Positions 17,876 through 26,822 of a stretch of DNA of 63,667 nt are shown one piece after another. Within the stretch, counting starts at the first letter, position 1. The number at the start of each line of letters is the position of its first letter. A program made the position numbers and the translations under genes. Under the pieces are notes generated by a model. That model was not told the origin of the DNA. It searched no databases and was given only the letters and a program-made list of their open reading frames with translations. This DNA comes from Candidatus Sulfotelmatobacter sp. Its GTDB lineage: Bacteria > Acidobacteriota > Terriglobia > Terriglobales > Acidobacteriaceae. The DNA is taken from assembly GCA_035701745.1 (NCBI GenBank), contig DASSRO010000088.1, forward strand, positions 1-63,667. The letters run 5' to 3'.

Positions 17876-18901
17876 ATGCCCTTTCGCTCCGGTTTCGTTT
17901 GCATTCTCGGCCGCCCGAACGCGGGCAAGTCAACCTTGCTCAATGCGCTGGTGGGCGAGAAGCTGGCCATCATCTCGCCCAAGCCGCAGACCACGCGCAA
18001 TCGCATTCAGGGAGTGATTCACATTCCCAAGGGTAAGGGGAAGAGTAAAGACGGCGGGCAGATCGTGCTGGTCGATACGCCGGGAGTTCACAAGCCCGAC
18101 AGTTCGCTGGGCCGCAAGATGATGGTCGAAGTGCGCGAGGCGCTGGAAGGCTGCGACCTGGTGCTTGTGATCATGGATGTGACGCACAAGTTCGATCCGC
18201 GCGACCAGTTTGCGGTCGATCTGCTGAAGCGCCCGAGGACCAAGGCGTTTTTGCTGTTGAATAAAGTTGACTTGATTCGGGAGAAGGCAAAGCTGCTGCC
18301 GATGATCGAGCAGTACCGCAAGCTCTATGATTTCAGCGAAGTGATTCCGATTTCCGCGCTCAAGCGCAAGGGCCTCGATACGCTGCTGGAGAAGGTGATT
18401 GCGGCGCTACCCGCGGGGCCAGCCTACTTTCCAGAGGATCAGATCACCGACCAGCCGGCGCGGTTCATGGCGGCGGAAATCATCCGCGAGCAGGTACTGC
18501 TCAACACCAGCGAAGAGATTCCGTATGCGACCACGGTGATGGTTGAGAACTTCGAAGAAGGCGCGCGACTGACGCGAATTGCTGCGACTGTCTATTGCGA
18601 GCGCGCCGGGCAAAAGGGAATTCTGGTGGGCAAGGGCGGCAAGATGCTCAAGAAGATTGGGACGGCAGCCCGACTACAAATCGAGAAGATGGTTGGCACC
18701 AAGGTATTTCTTGAGTTGTACGTGAAGGCGGAACCGGGTTGGCGGGATTCGCGGCGCTTCGTAGAGGAACTGGATTGGCGCCGGCAACTGGAACAGCGGA
18801 TGCTGGAACAAACGGTGAGGCGCGCGCCGCAACCAAACCGGGAAGAGCTTGACGGGCAGCCTATCGGCATGGCCGAAGGCGGCAATTCCACAGAAGACTA
18901 A
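17876..18901 (+). CDS. era: GTPase Era
   Basis: G1 GRPNAGKSTLLN, G3 DTPG, G4 NKVD and a KH domain (VYCERAGQKGILVGKGG). It carries a ~40-aa C-terminal extension. Confidence 0.9.
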   Translation: MPFRSGFVCILGRPNAGKSTLLNALVGEKLAIISPKPQTTRNRIQGVIHIPKGKGKSKDGGQIVLVDTPGVHKPDSSLGRKMMVEVREALEGCDLVLVIMDVTHKFDPRDQFAVDLLKRPRTKAFLLLNKVDLIREKAKLLPMIEQYRKLYDFSEVIPISALKRKGLDTLLEKVIAALPAGPAYFPEDQITDQPARFMAAEIIREQVLLNTSEEIPYATTVMVENFEEGARLTRIAATVYCERAGQKGILVGKGGKMLKKIGTAARLQIEKMVGTKVFLELYVKAEPGWRDSRRFVEELDWRRQLEQRMLEQTVRRAPQPNREELDGQPIGMAEGGNSTED

Positions 18902-19018
18902 AGCTGTGTTATGGTAACGAGCGCTTCAATCAGGCTGCCGTTGCGGGATTTGAGCGGCGCCACTAAAATCGAAAAAGGCCGTCGCTCCACGGGCGGACTA
19001 AGAACGCACGAGCCAACC

Positions 19019-19480
19019 ATGGATGACGGGGCTTCCTCCGCGGAGCACTTTCCGGAACAGGAATTCGATCCAGAGAAGCTGACCCTGCAGGTGAGGGTGA
19101 CGCTGGCCGCCAGTCGCGAGTCTGTAGACCCGGTGGTGGCGCAGGTGATGCAGTCGGTGCGCGAAATGAAGTGTATCGATGGCAAGGAAGACGCCATTGA
19201 ACTGGCCTTGCAGGAGGCGCTGGCGAACGCGGTCATTCACGGCGCCAAGGAAGATCCGAGCAAGATTGTCGAGTGCATAGTGGCGTGCGACGCGGAGCGC
19301 GGAATTCTCATTATCGTGCGCGATCCCGGGAAGGGGTTTGATCCGCAGGCGATTCCCACGTGCACGGTCGGCGAGAATCTCTACTCCAATCACGGGCGGG
19401 GAATTTTCCTCATCAATCAGCTCATGGATGAAGTGAAGTTTCACAAAAACGGAACCGAGATTCACATGGTGAAGCGATAA
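19019..19480 (+). CDS. ATP-binding protein, RsbW/SpoIIAB-like anti-sigma-factor kinase fold (HATPase_c)
   Basis: Motifs LQEALANAVIHGA, VRDPGKGFD and GRGIFLINQLMDEV. Start taken at MDDGASS (19019). No STAS or PP2C partner gene is adjacent. Confidence 0.6.
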   Translation: MDDGASSAEHFPEQEFDPEKLTLQVRVTLAASRESVDPVVAQVMQSVREMKCIDGKEDAIELALQEALANAVIHGAKEDPSKIVECIVACDAERGILIIVRDPGKGFDPQAIPTCTVGENLYSNHGRGIFLINQLMDEVKFHKNGTEIHMVKR

Positions 19481-19531
19481 GTTTGCCCCGCGAGAGCGCG
19501 CCCGCGCGGCTCCTGAATTTTGCAGTGAAGG

Positions 19532-20029
19532 ATGATTTCGATGCGGAAGCAAAAAGGTTTCTCACTGATCGAGCTTTTGATCGTAGTCGCGATTATTCTG
19601 ATCATCGCCGCGATCGCGGTTCCAAACTTGTTGCGCGCCAAAATGGCGGCCAATGAATCGTCGGCCGTGGGCTCCATTCGCGCCATTATCACCGCTGAAA
19701 TCAGTTACAGTTCTTCGTTCCCATCCGTTGGCTACGCCGCAAGCCTGGCGCAGCTGGGTGGCCCGTCACCTTGCGTAGCGAGTCCGGCGACAGCATGCCT
19801 GATCGAGAGCAACCTTTCGAGCGGCAACAAGGCAGGCTATAACTTCGCGGCGATTGGCGGCGGAGGTCCTCCTAATTCGCAATACTATGCGACTGCGGTA
19901 CCCATCACCGTGGGGCAGACGGGAACCCGCAGCTTCTGCGCGTTTGAAGATGGAACCATTCGCGTCGATCCCACCGGCGCTGCGATTCCCAGCGAAGCCG
20001 CTTGCCAGGCGCTGCAGCCGCTGCCCTGA
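19532..20029 (+). CDS. type IV pilin (prepilin-type N-terminal cleavage/methylation domain)
   Basis: Class III signal peptide: KGFSLIELLIVVAIILIIAAIAVPNLL. Two Cys residues near the C-terminus could form a disulfide loop. The start may be 19541. Confidence 0.85.
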   Translation: MISMRKQKGFSLIELLIVVAIILIIAAIAVPNLLRAKMAANESSAVGSIRAIITAEISYSSSFPSVGYAASLAQLGGPSPCVASPATACLIESNLSSGNKAGYNFAAIGGGGPPNSQYYATAVPITVGQTGTRSFCAFEDGTIRVDPTGAAIPSEAACQALQPLP

Positions 20030-20050
20030 GTCGCGTTCGCGATTCGGTTA

Positions 20051-20098
20051 GTAAGGTTGTGCGATGTTCATTCGCCTTCCGGCGAATGGTAACCTTAC
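20051..20098 (+). terminator. nested hairpin downstream of the pilin gene (possible terminator or attenuator, no U-tract)
   Basis: Outer stem GTAAGGTT/AACCTTAC (20051-20058 / 20091-20098). Inner stem CATTCGCC/GGCGAATG (20069-20076 / 20081-20088) with loop TTCC. Confidence 0.35.
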
Positions 20099-20101
20099 GA
20101 C

Positions 20102-20779
20102 ATGCCTCTCGATCCTGCCGTTTCCGTCTCCGCAAAACCTGCGCGATCTCGCGCGGCGGTCGTGTCGGCCCTGGTGCTCGGGCTGTTACTCGGGATACTT
20201 TTTGTGGGATCGATGGGAGGGCTGCTACTGTCGCGGAATTCTGGGCGACCGCTGATCAGCCGGGCGTGGTCGGCGCTGACGGGCAGGACTCTCACTCTCG
20301 ATGTAAGCCAACCCACGGTCGTCGATCGAATCCAGCGCCTGCAGCGGCTGGAGACCGTGATTTATACGATGGACAAGATTGTTTCCGGAGCGAAGCAGAC
20401 GCCATTTTTTCCAGACTTTTTAGCGGGAGACCGGCTGCTGATGCTGGTGCACGGCGAGGTGGTCGCGGGGATCGATTTTTCGAATTTGAAGCCGGGCGAT
20501 GTCAAGGTTGAAGGCAAGCGCGTCCGCCTGCACCTTCCCGCGACGCAAGTGTTCAGCACACGCCTCGACAGCAGCAAGACGCGGGTGTACTCGCGGCAGA
20601 CCGGTTTGCTGGTGCCATCGGACCCGGATCTTGAAACGCAAGTGCGGCAGGAGGCGGAGCGTCAGCTGCTAGCGGCGGCGCTGACTGATGGCATTCTGCA
20701 CACGGCTCAGCAGAATGCGGCTTCGACCATCACCAGTTTGCTGCAGGGGTTGGGATTCGAGACGGTGGAGTTCGAATAA
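20102..20779 (+). CDS. DUF4230 domain-containing protein
   Basis: N-terminal TM anchor. The pattern RIQRLQRLETVIYTMDKIV...HGEVVAGIDFS...V.L.LP...V matches my memory of DUF4230. Confidence 0.65.
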   Translation: MPLDPAVSVSAKPARSRAAVVSALVLGLLLGILFVGSMGGLLLSRNSGRPLISRAWSALTGRTLTLDVSQPTVVDRIQRLQRLETVIYTMDKIVSGAKQTPFFPDFLAGDRLLMLVHGEVVAGIDFSNLKPGDVKVEGKRVRLHLPATQVFSTRLDSSKTRVYSRQTGLLVPSDPDLETQVRQEAERQLLAAALTDGILHTAQQNAASTITSLLQGLGFETVEFE

Positions 20780-20786
20780 CGGCGCC

Positions 20787-21908
20787 TTAGACGCCGGCGA
20801 ATTCCAGCACCACGATCTCCGGATTCGATCCCAGGCGCAGCGGGGGGCCCCAGGTTCCCGCGCCGCTGGAAGTAAAGACCTGCATCTGGCCGATCCGGCT
20901 TAAACCGTATACAAATTGGCGGTAAATTCGTCGCGCCATCCAGCTCCAGGGGATGAACTGGCCCAGATGGGTGTGCCCCGACAGCTGCAACGAAACGCCC
21001 GCAGCTTCGGCGATTTCCGGGCGGTCGGGGGCGTGGGTCAACAGGATGCTGGCGCGGTCGCGATCGACGCCCACGCCGCGCAACACCGAAGCAAAGTGCC
21101 CGTCCTGTACGGCATTTCGGTAAGGCACGCCGATAATTTGAAGGCCTTCGACGTCAACCTTCTCGTTGGTAAGCACACGTACGCCCGCCGCCGCGATGGC
21201 GTTCAGGTATTGGCTGTCGTCGCCGAACTGCTCATGATTCCCGGCAACAAAATACACGCCCTGCGGCGCGGTCAACGCACTCAGTGGCGCGGCCGCACTG
21301 CCGGCGTCAATGGCGGTGCCGTCGTACAGATCACCGGCAATGAAAATCGCATCCGGTTCCTCATTCAAAATCTTGGCGATCAGGCGGCGCAGGAACCTGC
21401 CATTGCGCACGTGGCCGAGATGAACATCGCTGATGAGCGCGGCCTTGCGCCCGTGCCAGGCTGCGGGAAGGTTCGCGAGCCGCACCGTGGTGCGGGTGAT
21501 GCGCGTCCAGCCGGCGTTGAAAACTCCGTAGAGTCCGGCAATGGCCGCGAGGCCGAAAAGCGATTCCACCAAGCGGTGAAAGTTGAGGCCCGTTCCCAGC
21601 AGGTTCGCGGCCCCGAAGATGATCCAAGAGCCGGCGGCGGCAACGAACAGGAACGAGAGCAGGCCCATCCAAACTGCGGCCGCTCGATAAAACAAGCGGA
21701 CCGGAGCATTCGTGTAGCGAAAGGCGAGCAGGGATGCGGCAACGAAACTCACCGACAAGACGGCGAGAATCGGCGCAATCCATCGTGCGCCGGGAACGTG
21801 GGTGCCGTCCGGAGCAAACGTCCAGGTCTTATAAAGAAAAAAGTGGGTCAACAAAAGAATGGACTGTACTACGGCCACGAAACCGACGATGCCCTTACGG
21901 AAGCGCAT
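20787..21908 (-). CDS. membrane-anchored metallophosphoesterase
   Basis: Four N-terminal TM helices, then calcineurin-like motifs SDVHLG, GDLYDG, GNHE and GHTH. Confidence 0.8.
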   Translation of the reverse strand: MRFRKGIVGFVAVVQSILLLTHFFLYKTWTFAPDGTHVPGARWIAPILAVLSVSFVAASLLAFRYTNAPVRLFYRAAAVWMGLLSFLFVAAAGSWIIFGAANLLGTGLNFHRLVESLFGLAAIAGLYGVFNAGWTRITRTTVRLANLPAAWHGRKAALISDVHLGHVRNGRFLRRLIAKILNEEPDAIFIAGDLYDGTAIDAGSAAAPLSALTAPQGVYFVAGNHEQFGDDSQYLNAIAAAGVRVLTNEKVDVEGLQIIGVPYRNAVQDGHFASVLRGVGVDRDRASILLTHAPDRPEIAEAAGVSLQLSGHTHLGQFIPWSWMARRIYRQFVYGLSRIGQMQVFTSSGAGTWGPPLRLGSNPEIVVLEFAGV

Positions 21909-21994
21909 GACAGATTAGATTCATGAAACCCAAAATCGATGCGGGCTGCCGGTGGCGTTGCCAAATTGTGGCTTGCGCGTGCAATCTGGTATCG

Positions 21995-22894
21995 ATGCCC
22001 GAATTGCCCGATATTGCCGCCTACATCGGAGCGCTCGAATCGCGTATTGTTGGTCAGCCGCTGGAACACGTCCGCCTCAATAGTGCCTTTCTTTTGCGAA
22101 CCGCGCAGCCTCCGCTTGCGAGCGTGGAGGGCGGGGTCGTTCGCGGACTGCGTCGCATTGGAAAGCGCATCGCCATTGGATTCGACGATGAGCTGTGGCT
22201 GGCGCTTCATCTCATGATTGCCGGCCGGCTGCACTGGCAGGCGGCAAACGCCAAGCTGTCCGGCCGCCGCAGCCTGGCGGCGTTCGACTTCCCGAATGGC
22301 TCGCTGGTGCTGACCGAAGCCGGCACCAAGCATCGTGCTGCCCTGCATGTGCTGCAGGGCGAAGATAGCTTGCGTTCCATCGATGCCGGAGGGATCGACA
22401 TTTTCTCCAGCGACCTGGATTTGTTTTGCGCGACCCTGACCGCTGAAAATCACACGCTGAAGCGGGCGCTGACCGATCCACGGTTGCTGAGCGGCATTGG
22501 TAACGCGTATTCGGATGAGATTCTGCACGCGGCGCAATTGTCTCCCATTGCGCACACCAACAAGCTGAAGCCGGAAGAGTGGGAGAGGTTATTCGCTGCG
22601 ACCCGGCGTACGATTCAAGATTGGATTGATAGGCTAGGCACAGAAGCGAAAAAAGCTTTCCCTGAAAAAGTCACGGCCTTCCGCAAGGGAATGGCGGTGC
22701 ACGGGCGTTATGGAGAGCCGTGCCCGCGATGCGGCGACAAGGTTTTGCGCATTCGTTATGCCGATAAGGAAACGAATTACTGCGCGCGCTGCCAGACCGG
22801 CGGCAAGGTTCTGGCGGACCGAAGCCTGTCGCGGCTGCTGGGATCGGACTGGCCACGAACGCTGGAAGAGTTGGAAGCGCTGAAACGCCGGTGA
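21995..22894 (+). CDS. Fpg/Nei family DNA glycosylase
   Basis: N-terminal MPELPD catalytic Pro2/Glu3, an H2TH region (GIGNAYSDEILH) and a C-terminal zinc finger CPRCG...CARCQ. Start at 21995. Confidence 0.8.
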   Translation: MPELPDIAAYIGALESRIVGQPLEHVRLNSAFLLRTAQPPLASVEGGVVRGLRRIGKRIAIGFDDELWLALHLMIAGRLHWQAANAKLSGRRSLAAFDFPNGSLVLTEAGTKHRAALHVLQGEDSLRSIDAGGIDIFSSDLDLFCATLTAENHTLKRALTDPRLLSGIGNAYSDEILHAAQLSPIAHTNKLKPEEWERLFAATRRTIQDWIDRLGTEAKKAFPEKVTAFRKGMAVHGRYGEPCPRCGDKVLRIRYADKETNYCARCQTGGKVLADRSLSRLLGSDWPRTLEELEALKRR

Positions 22895-22908
22895 ACGCGG
22901 CTGTTCCG

Positions 22909-24303
22909 TCACTCCTTAGCTGCAATGGCCAGCGCCTTCATCTTGCGGTAAAGATGGCTGCGCTCCAGGCCCAGCACCTCGGCGGTGCGGCTCACGTTGC
23001 CGTGATTTTGGTCGAGCGTCTTCAGGATGTAGTCGCGCTCGTAGGCGTCGCGAGCCTGGTGAAGCGTGGAGAATTCGCTTTTGGGCGCGCGCCGGCTGCC
23101 TTCGCGGTACACCAGCGGCGGCAGATGCTTGGCGTCAAAGCGCGTAGTCGTGGGATTCATGATCACGATGCGCTCGATCACGTTGCGCAGTTCGCGCACA
23201 TTTCCCGGCCAGGAATAGCGCATCAGGATTTCGATCGCGTCGTCGCTGATTTCGCGCGGACGGCGTCCGTAGGTGGCCGCCAGTTCTTTTAGAAAGTGCC
23301 GGGTGAAAAGTGGGATATCTTCTTTGCGTTCGCGCAACGGCGGTACGAAAAAAGGAATTACGTTGAGCCGGTAGAAAAGATCCTCGCGAAAGTTGCCGCG
23401 CGAAATTTCTTCATCCAGATCTTTGTTGGTCGAGGCGATCACGCGCACATCGACAGTGATGGTTTCATCGCTGCCGACTGGCGTGAAACGCTGCTCTTCC
23501 AGCGTGCGCAAGACTTTCGACTGCGTCTTTAGGCTCATGTCGCCGACTTCGTCGAGGAAAAGGGTTCCCCCATTGGCTCGCTGAAACTTTCCTTCCTTGT
23601 CGGCGGCGGCACCGGGAAACGAGCCCTTGTAGTGGCCAAAAAGTTCGCTCTCGATCAGATCCTCGGGAATGGCGGCGCAGTTGACCTCAACAAAAGTTTC
23701 GTCCTTGCGCAGGCTCTGGCCATGGATGGCGTGCGCCACGAGTTCTTTGCCCGTGCCCGACTCTCCGTATATGAGAACGCGGCCGTTGGTCGGCGCCATC
23801 AGGTTGATCTGCTGGCGCAGCGCCTTCATCGGGATGCTGTCGCCCACGATGATGCTCTTCACCTGAAGTTGCTTTTTCAGGTCGACGTTCTCGCGCTGCA
23901 ATTTTTTCGACTCGATGGCGTTCTTGACCAGGATTAAAGTTTTTTCGAGCGAGAGCGGTTTTTCGAGGAAGTCATAGGCGCCGAGTTTGGTGGCGCGCAC
24001 GGCGGTCTCGATGCTTCCATGGCCGGAGATCATGATGACTTCGGGAGGATTCTCGAGTTCACGAATCCGGGTGAGAATTTCGAGGCCGTCTACGCCGGGC
24101 AGCCAGATGTCGAGCAGAACAACATCGAACGCGTTTTTGCGCAGCAGTTCCAGGCAAGCCTCGCCACTCTCGACTGACGCGGTGGCATAGCCTTCGTCTG
24201 CCAGAATGCCGGCCAAGGATTCGCGAATGCCGGCTTCGTCGTCGACGATGAGAATGTTATGCATGCTGGGCGTTGGGGACGGCCGCGGCAGATTCGACAA
24301 CAA
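22909..24303 (-). CDS. sigma-54-dependent response regulator (NtrC family)
   Basis: REC domain (ILIVDDE...DIWLPG), AAA+ module GESGTGKE with a GAFTGA-like loop (GSFPGA), ESELFGH, and a C-terminal Fis-type HTH (NVSRTAEVLGLERSHLYRKMK). Confidence 0.9.
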   Translation of the reverse strand: MLSNLPRPSPTPSMHNILIVDDEAGIRESLAGILADEGYATASVESGEACLELLRKNAFDVVLLDIWLPGVDGLEILTRIRELENPPEVIMISGHGSIETAVRATKLGAYDFLEKPLSLEKTLILVKNAIESKKLQRENVDLKKQLQVKSIIVGDSIPMKALRQQINLMAPTNGRVLIYGESGTGKELVAHAIHGQSLRKDETFVEVNCAAIPEDLIESELFGHYKGSFPGAAADKEGKFQRANGGTLFLDEVGDMSLKTQSKVLRTLEEQRFTPVGSDETITVDVRVIASTNKDLDEEISRGNFREDLFYRLNVIPFFVPPLRERKEDIPLFTRHFLKELAATYGRRPREISDDAIEILMRYSWPGNVRELRNVIERIVIMNPTTTRFDAKHLPPLVYREGSRRAPKSEFSTLHQARDAYERDYILKTLDQNHGNVSRTAEVLGLERSHLYRKMKALAIAAKE

Positions 24304-26506
24304 CCGGAAGTTCGACGATGAAGCGAGTTCCCACGGGCCGGTTCTCTTCGACGCGAATCGAGCCGCGGTGATCTTCCACGATGCGGTTCACAATGGCGAG
24401 GCCAAGGCCGGTACCGCGCTTCTTGGTGGAGAAATATGGCAGGAAAAGTCTTTCTTTCAGCTCGCGGGTTACGCCGTGGCCGGTATCGGCGACGGTAATT
24501 TCGACAGCATCGCGCGTGGCCACGAGCGCGGTTGAAATCTCAATCTCGCGCACCACTGAATCTTGCGACGCTTCGGCCGCGTTGTCGACCAGGTTGGCTA
24601 CGACGCGCTTGATGGCTTCGCTATCGGCCATTACCTTGGGAAGATCCGAGGCAAGCGATTTGTGCAGTTCGATGCCATCCAGCCTGCCGTTAAACATGGA
24701 GAGAGCGTTTTCGATGACATCGTTAATGTCGGCGGGTTGAGGCTTGGCGACGGGAAAGCGCGCCAGGGTGGAAAATTCGTCGACCAGGCGGCGGACGGTT
24801 TCAACTGCTCCGGCAATGGTGGCCGCGCAAGAGCGCACTACGCCGAGGGATGCAGGATCGGTGGGAGTGGCGCGGTCGAGATGGCGCTGGATGCGTTCGA
24901 CCGAAAGAGCGATGGGCGTGAGCGGATTCTTGATTTCGTGTGCGACCCGGCGCGCCACCTCGCGCCACGCGGCCTGCTTCTGCGCCTTCAGCAAGTCGGA
25001 AAGATCCTCGAATACCACGACGTAGCCCGAGCCCGCGCCCTGATGACGCAGCGTGGCTACGGTTACGGCGACGTTCAGCGATACTCGCGGCAATTGCATC
25101 TGCATCTGGCTGGTGGTCATGCCCATGCGATCGGCGCGCCGCAGCAGCGGCTCGAAATCTTCGAGTACTTCAGCGGGGAACACTTCGGTGAGCGACGCAC
25201 CCCGGAGTATCTGGGGGCCGCCATCACGTCCCGCATCGGGATGGAACATGCGCAGCAGCGCCTGATTGACGTGGGTGACGCGGCGGGTGGCGTCGAGGGA
25301 GAGCACACCGGTGGGAATGCTCTCGAGGATGGTTTCCATTTGGCGGCGGCGCTGGTCGAGTTCGGCGTTGGCGGCGCTCAAGTCGCGGCTGGAGGCTTCG
25401 ATCTGGCGGCGGCTGCTTTCGAGATCTTCAGCCATGCGATTGAAAGAGCGCACCAGGTCGCCGATTTCGTCGGCTGCGCTGACTGGAACGCGATAGTCAA
25501 GGCGTCCGCGGGAAATTTCCTGGGTTGCTTCCGCCAGCGCCGAGAGAGGCCGCGTCACAATTTTCGAAAGGAACAACGCGAGCCAAGTGGTCACGAAGAG
25601 CACGATCATGGTCAGCAGCAGCAGCAGGCTCATGTAGGTGCGGCGCACCAGTTTCCGCTCGTGGGCCAGATCGTAATAGCGTTGCTGGCTGGCCTCCACC
25701 TGGCGCACGGTTTGTGAAAACTCGCGGGGAAGCGGAATGGCCACCAGAATCAGGCCTCCTCCATCGGTCGCGGCGCTGCCTAGCGTGTAGTCGGTTTGCT
25801 CCCAATTAAATTGCGCGGGATTTCCTAACGCGGCGTCGGAGAGCGGCAGCCGAGACTTCAGCGCAGGCCAGGGAGCAGGCAAATTGAAACTGGCCTCGGC
25901 GTTGCCGTCCTGAACCGCCACGGCAAATCCGCCTTGCAAGGTCTTTTCGTGGCGCTGAAATTCGTCGACCACTCCGGAGAATCCGTGCCCGGAAAACCCG
26001 CGCTCCATTTCCGGAGAGGCCGCAATGGAAGACGCTTCGGCGCGCGCAGTCTGGGTCGCATAGCCGGCCAGCAGAGACGCCATGGCGTGAGTGTCGGCGC
26101 GCACTTCCTCTACCGGCGTGGAGAACCACTTGTCGATGGAGCGATTCATCAATCCGTAGGCAAACCAGTACATCACCATCACGGGCAGCGACGACAGCAG
26201 GAGCGCGCCGGCGACCATTCGCGTGCGGAACTTCGAGCCGAGCACTCCGAGTCGCCGTTCGGCAAAGAGTTTGAGCAGGTTGCGCATCAGCACAAAAGTG
26301 AGCGCCACGAACAGAAGAAAAATCAGAGCGGAAAGTGCGGCAAAAACGACAATGTCCTGATTGTTTCCGGGACGGAGAAACGTCAGATCAAACGCAGTTT
26401 GAGAAACCAGGATCGCAAATAACAGGAATACGGAGATCGCGAGCAGGATGATCACCTGCTTGCGGTGCGAGGTCTTCTCGGGCGGAATTGAGGCTGTCTG
26501 GGGCAC
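24257..26506 (-). CDS. sensor histidine kinase (NtrY-like: TM, HAMP, PAS, HisKA, HATPase)
   Basis: 749 aa. H-box AHEIKNPLTPI, N-box NLVDNAAEA, G-boxes DTGHGV and GTGLGLAIV. It overlaps the regulator gene by 47 nt. Confidence 0.85.
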   Translation of the reverse strand: MPQTASIPPEKTSHRKQVIILLAISVFLLFAILVSQTAFDLTFLRPGNNQDIVVFAALSALIFLLFVALTFVLMRNLLKLFAERRLGVLGSKFRTRMVAGALLLSSLPVMVMYWFAYGLMNRSIDKWFSTPVEEVRADTHAMASLLAGYATQTARAEASSIAASPEMERGFSGHGFSGVVDEFQRHEKTLQGGFAVAVQDGNAEASFNLPAPWPALKSRLPLSDAALGNPAQFNWEQTDYTLGSAATDGGGLILVAIPLPREFSQTVRQVEASQQRYYDLAHERKLVRRTYMSLLLLLTMIVLFVTTWLALFLSKIVTRPLSALAEATQEISRGRLDYRVPVSAADEIGDLVRSFNRMAEDLESSRRQIEASSRDLSAANAELDQRRRQMETILESIPTGVLSLDATRRVTHVNQALLRMFHPDAGRDGGPQILRGASLTEVFPAEVLEDFEPLLRRADRMGMTTSQMQMQLPRVSLNVAVTVATLRHQGAGSGYVVVFEDLSDLLKAQKQAAWREVARRVAHEIKNPLTPIALSVERIQRHLDRATPTDPASLGVVRSCAATIAGAVETVRRLVDEFSTLARFPVAKPQPADINDVIENALSMFNGRLDGIELHKSLASDLPKVMADSEAIKRVVANLVDNAAEASQDSVVREIEISTALVATRDAVEITVADTGHGVTRELKERLFLPYFSTKKRGTGLGLAIVNRIVEDHRGSIRVEENRPVGTRFIVELPVVVESAAAVPNAQHA

Positions 26507-26706
26507 TGAACTTTACGCGTGCGGGTTCTGCGGCGAGCCATGCGGAAGCCAGCACGCCAGTCATTATAGATGCAGAGGCCCTGGCGAAAGCCGCATAAGC
26601 GGCCGGGACACTGAGGAGTTATCGGGCGTTTGCTGTGGGTTTGGGCGTGTGGGATTTTTGAAGAATGCATGTAGCGAGGGCAAAACCGGCGGCCCTGCGG
26701 GCCGCG

Positions 26707-26804
26707 GCCGGGTCAGAGGACCCGGCCCCACACGAGCCTGGCCGGGTCAGAGGACCCGGCCCCACACGAGGGCTGCTGGGTCAGAGGACCCGGCCCCACA
26801 CGAG
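26707..26804. repeat. three tandem copies of a ~30-bp hairpin unit (CCGGGTC-AGAG-GACCCGG followed by CCCCACACGAG)
   Basis: Copies at 26707-26736, 26740-26770 and 26778-26804, separated by 3-7 nt. They lie downstream of the xylanase stop and upstream of the kinase start (both genes on the minus strand). Confidence 0.9.
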
Positions 26805-26822
26805 CAAAATACAACCACATGC

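Noticed and set aside
19508-19525. Possible sigma-54 promoter (GG...TTGCA) upstream of the pilin gene, expected because PilR-like activators are present.
   Set aside because: The GG of cGGCTCC and the GC of TTTTGCA are 2 nt further apart than the canonical -24/-12 spacing, and the TGGCAC element is poor.
26707-26804. Regularly spaced ~30-bp repeats that might suggest a small CRISPR array. The same question applies to the 25-bp repeats at 46596-46717.
   Set aside because: Separators are only 0-7 nt, so there are no unique spacers of 25-40 nt. There are no cas genes. The units are simple hairpins or direct tandem repeats.
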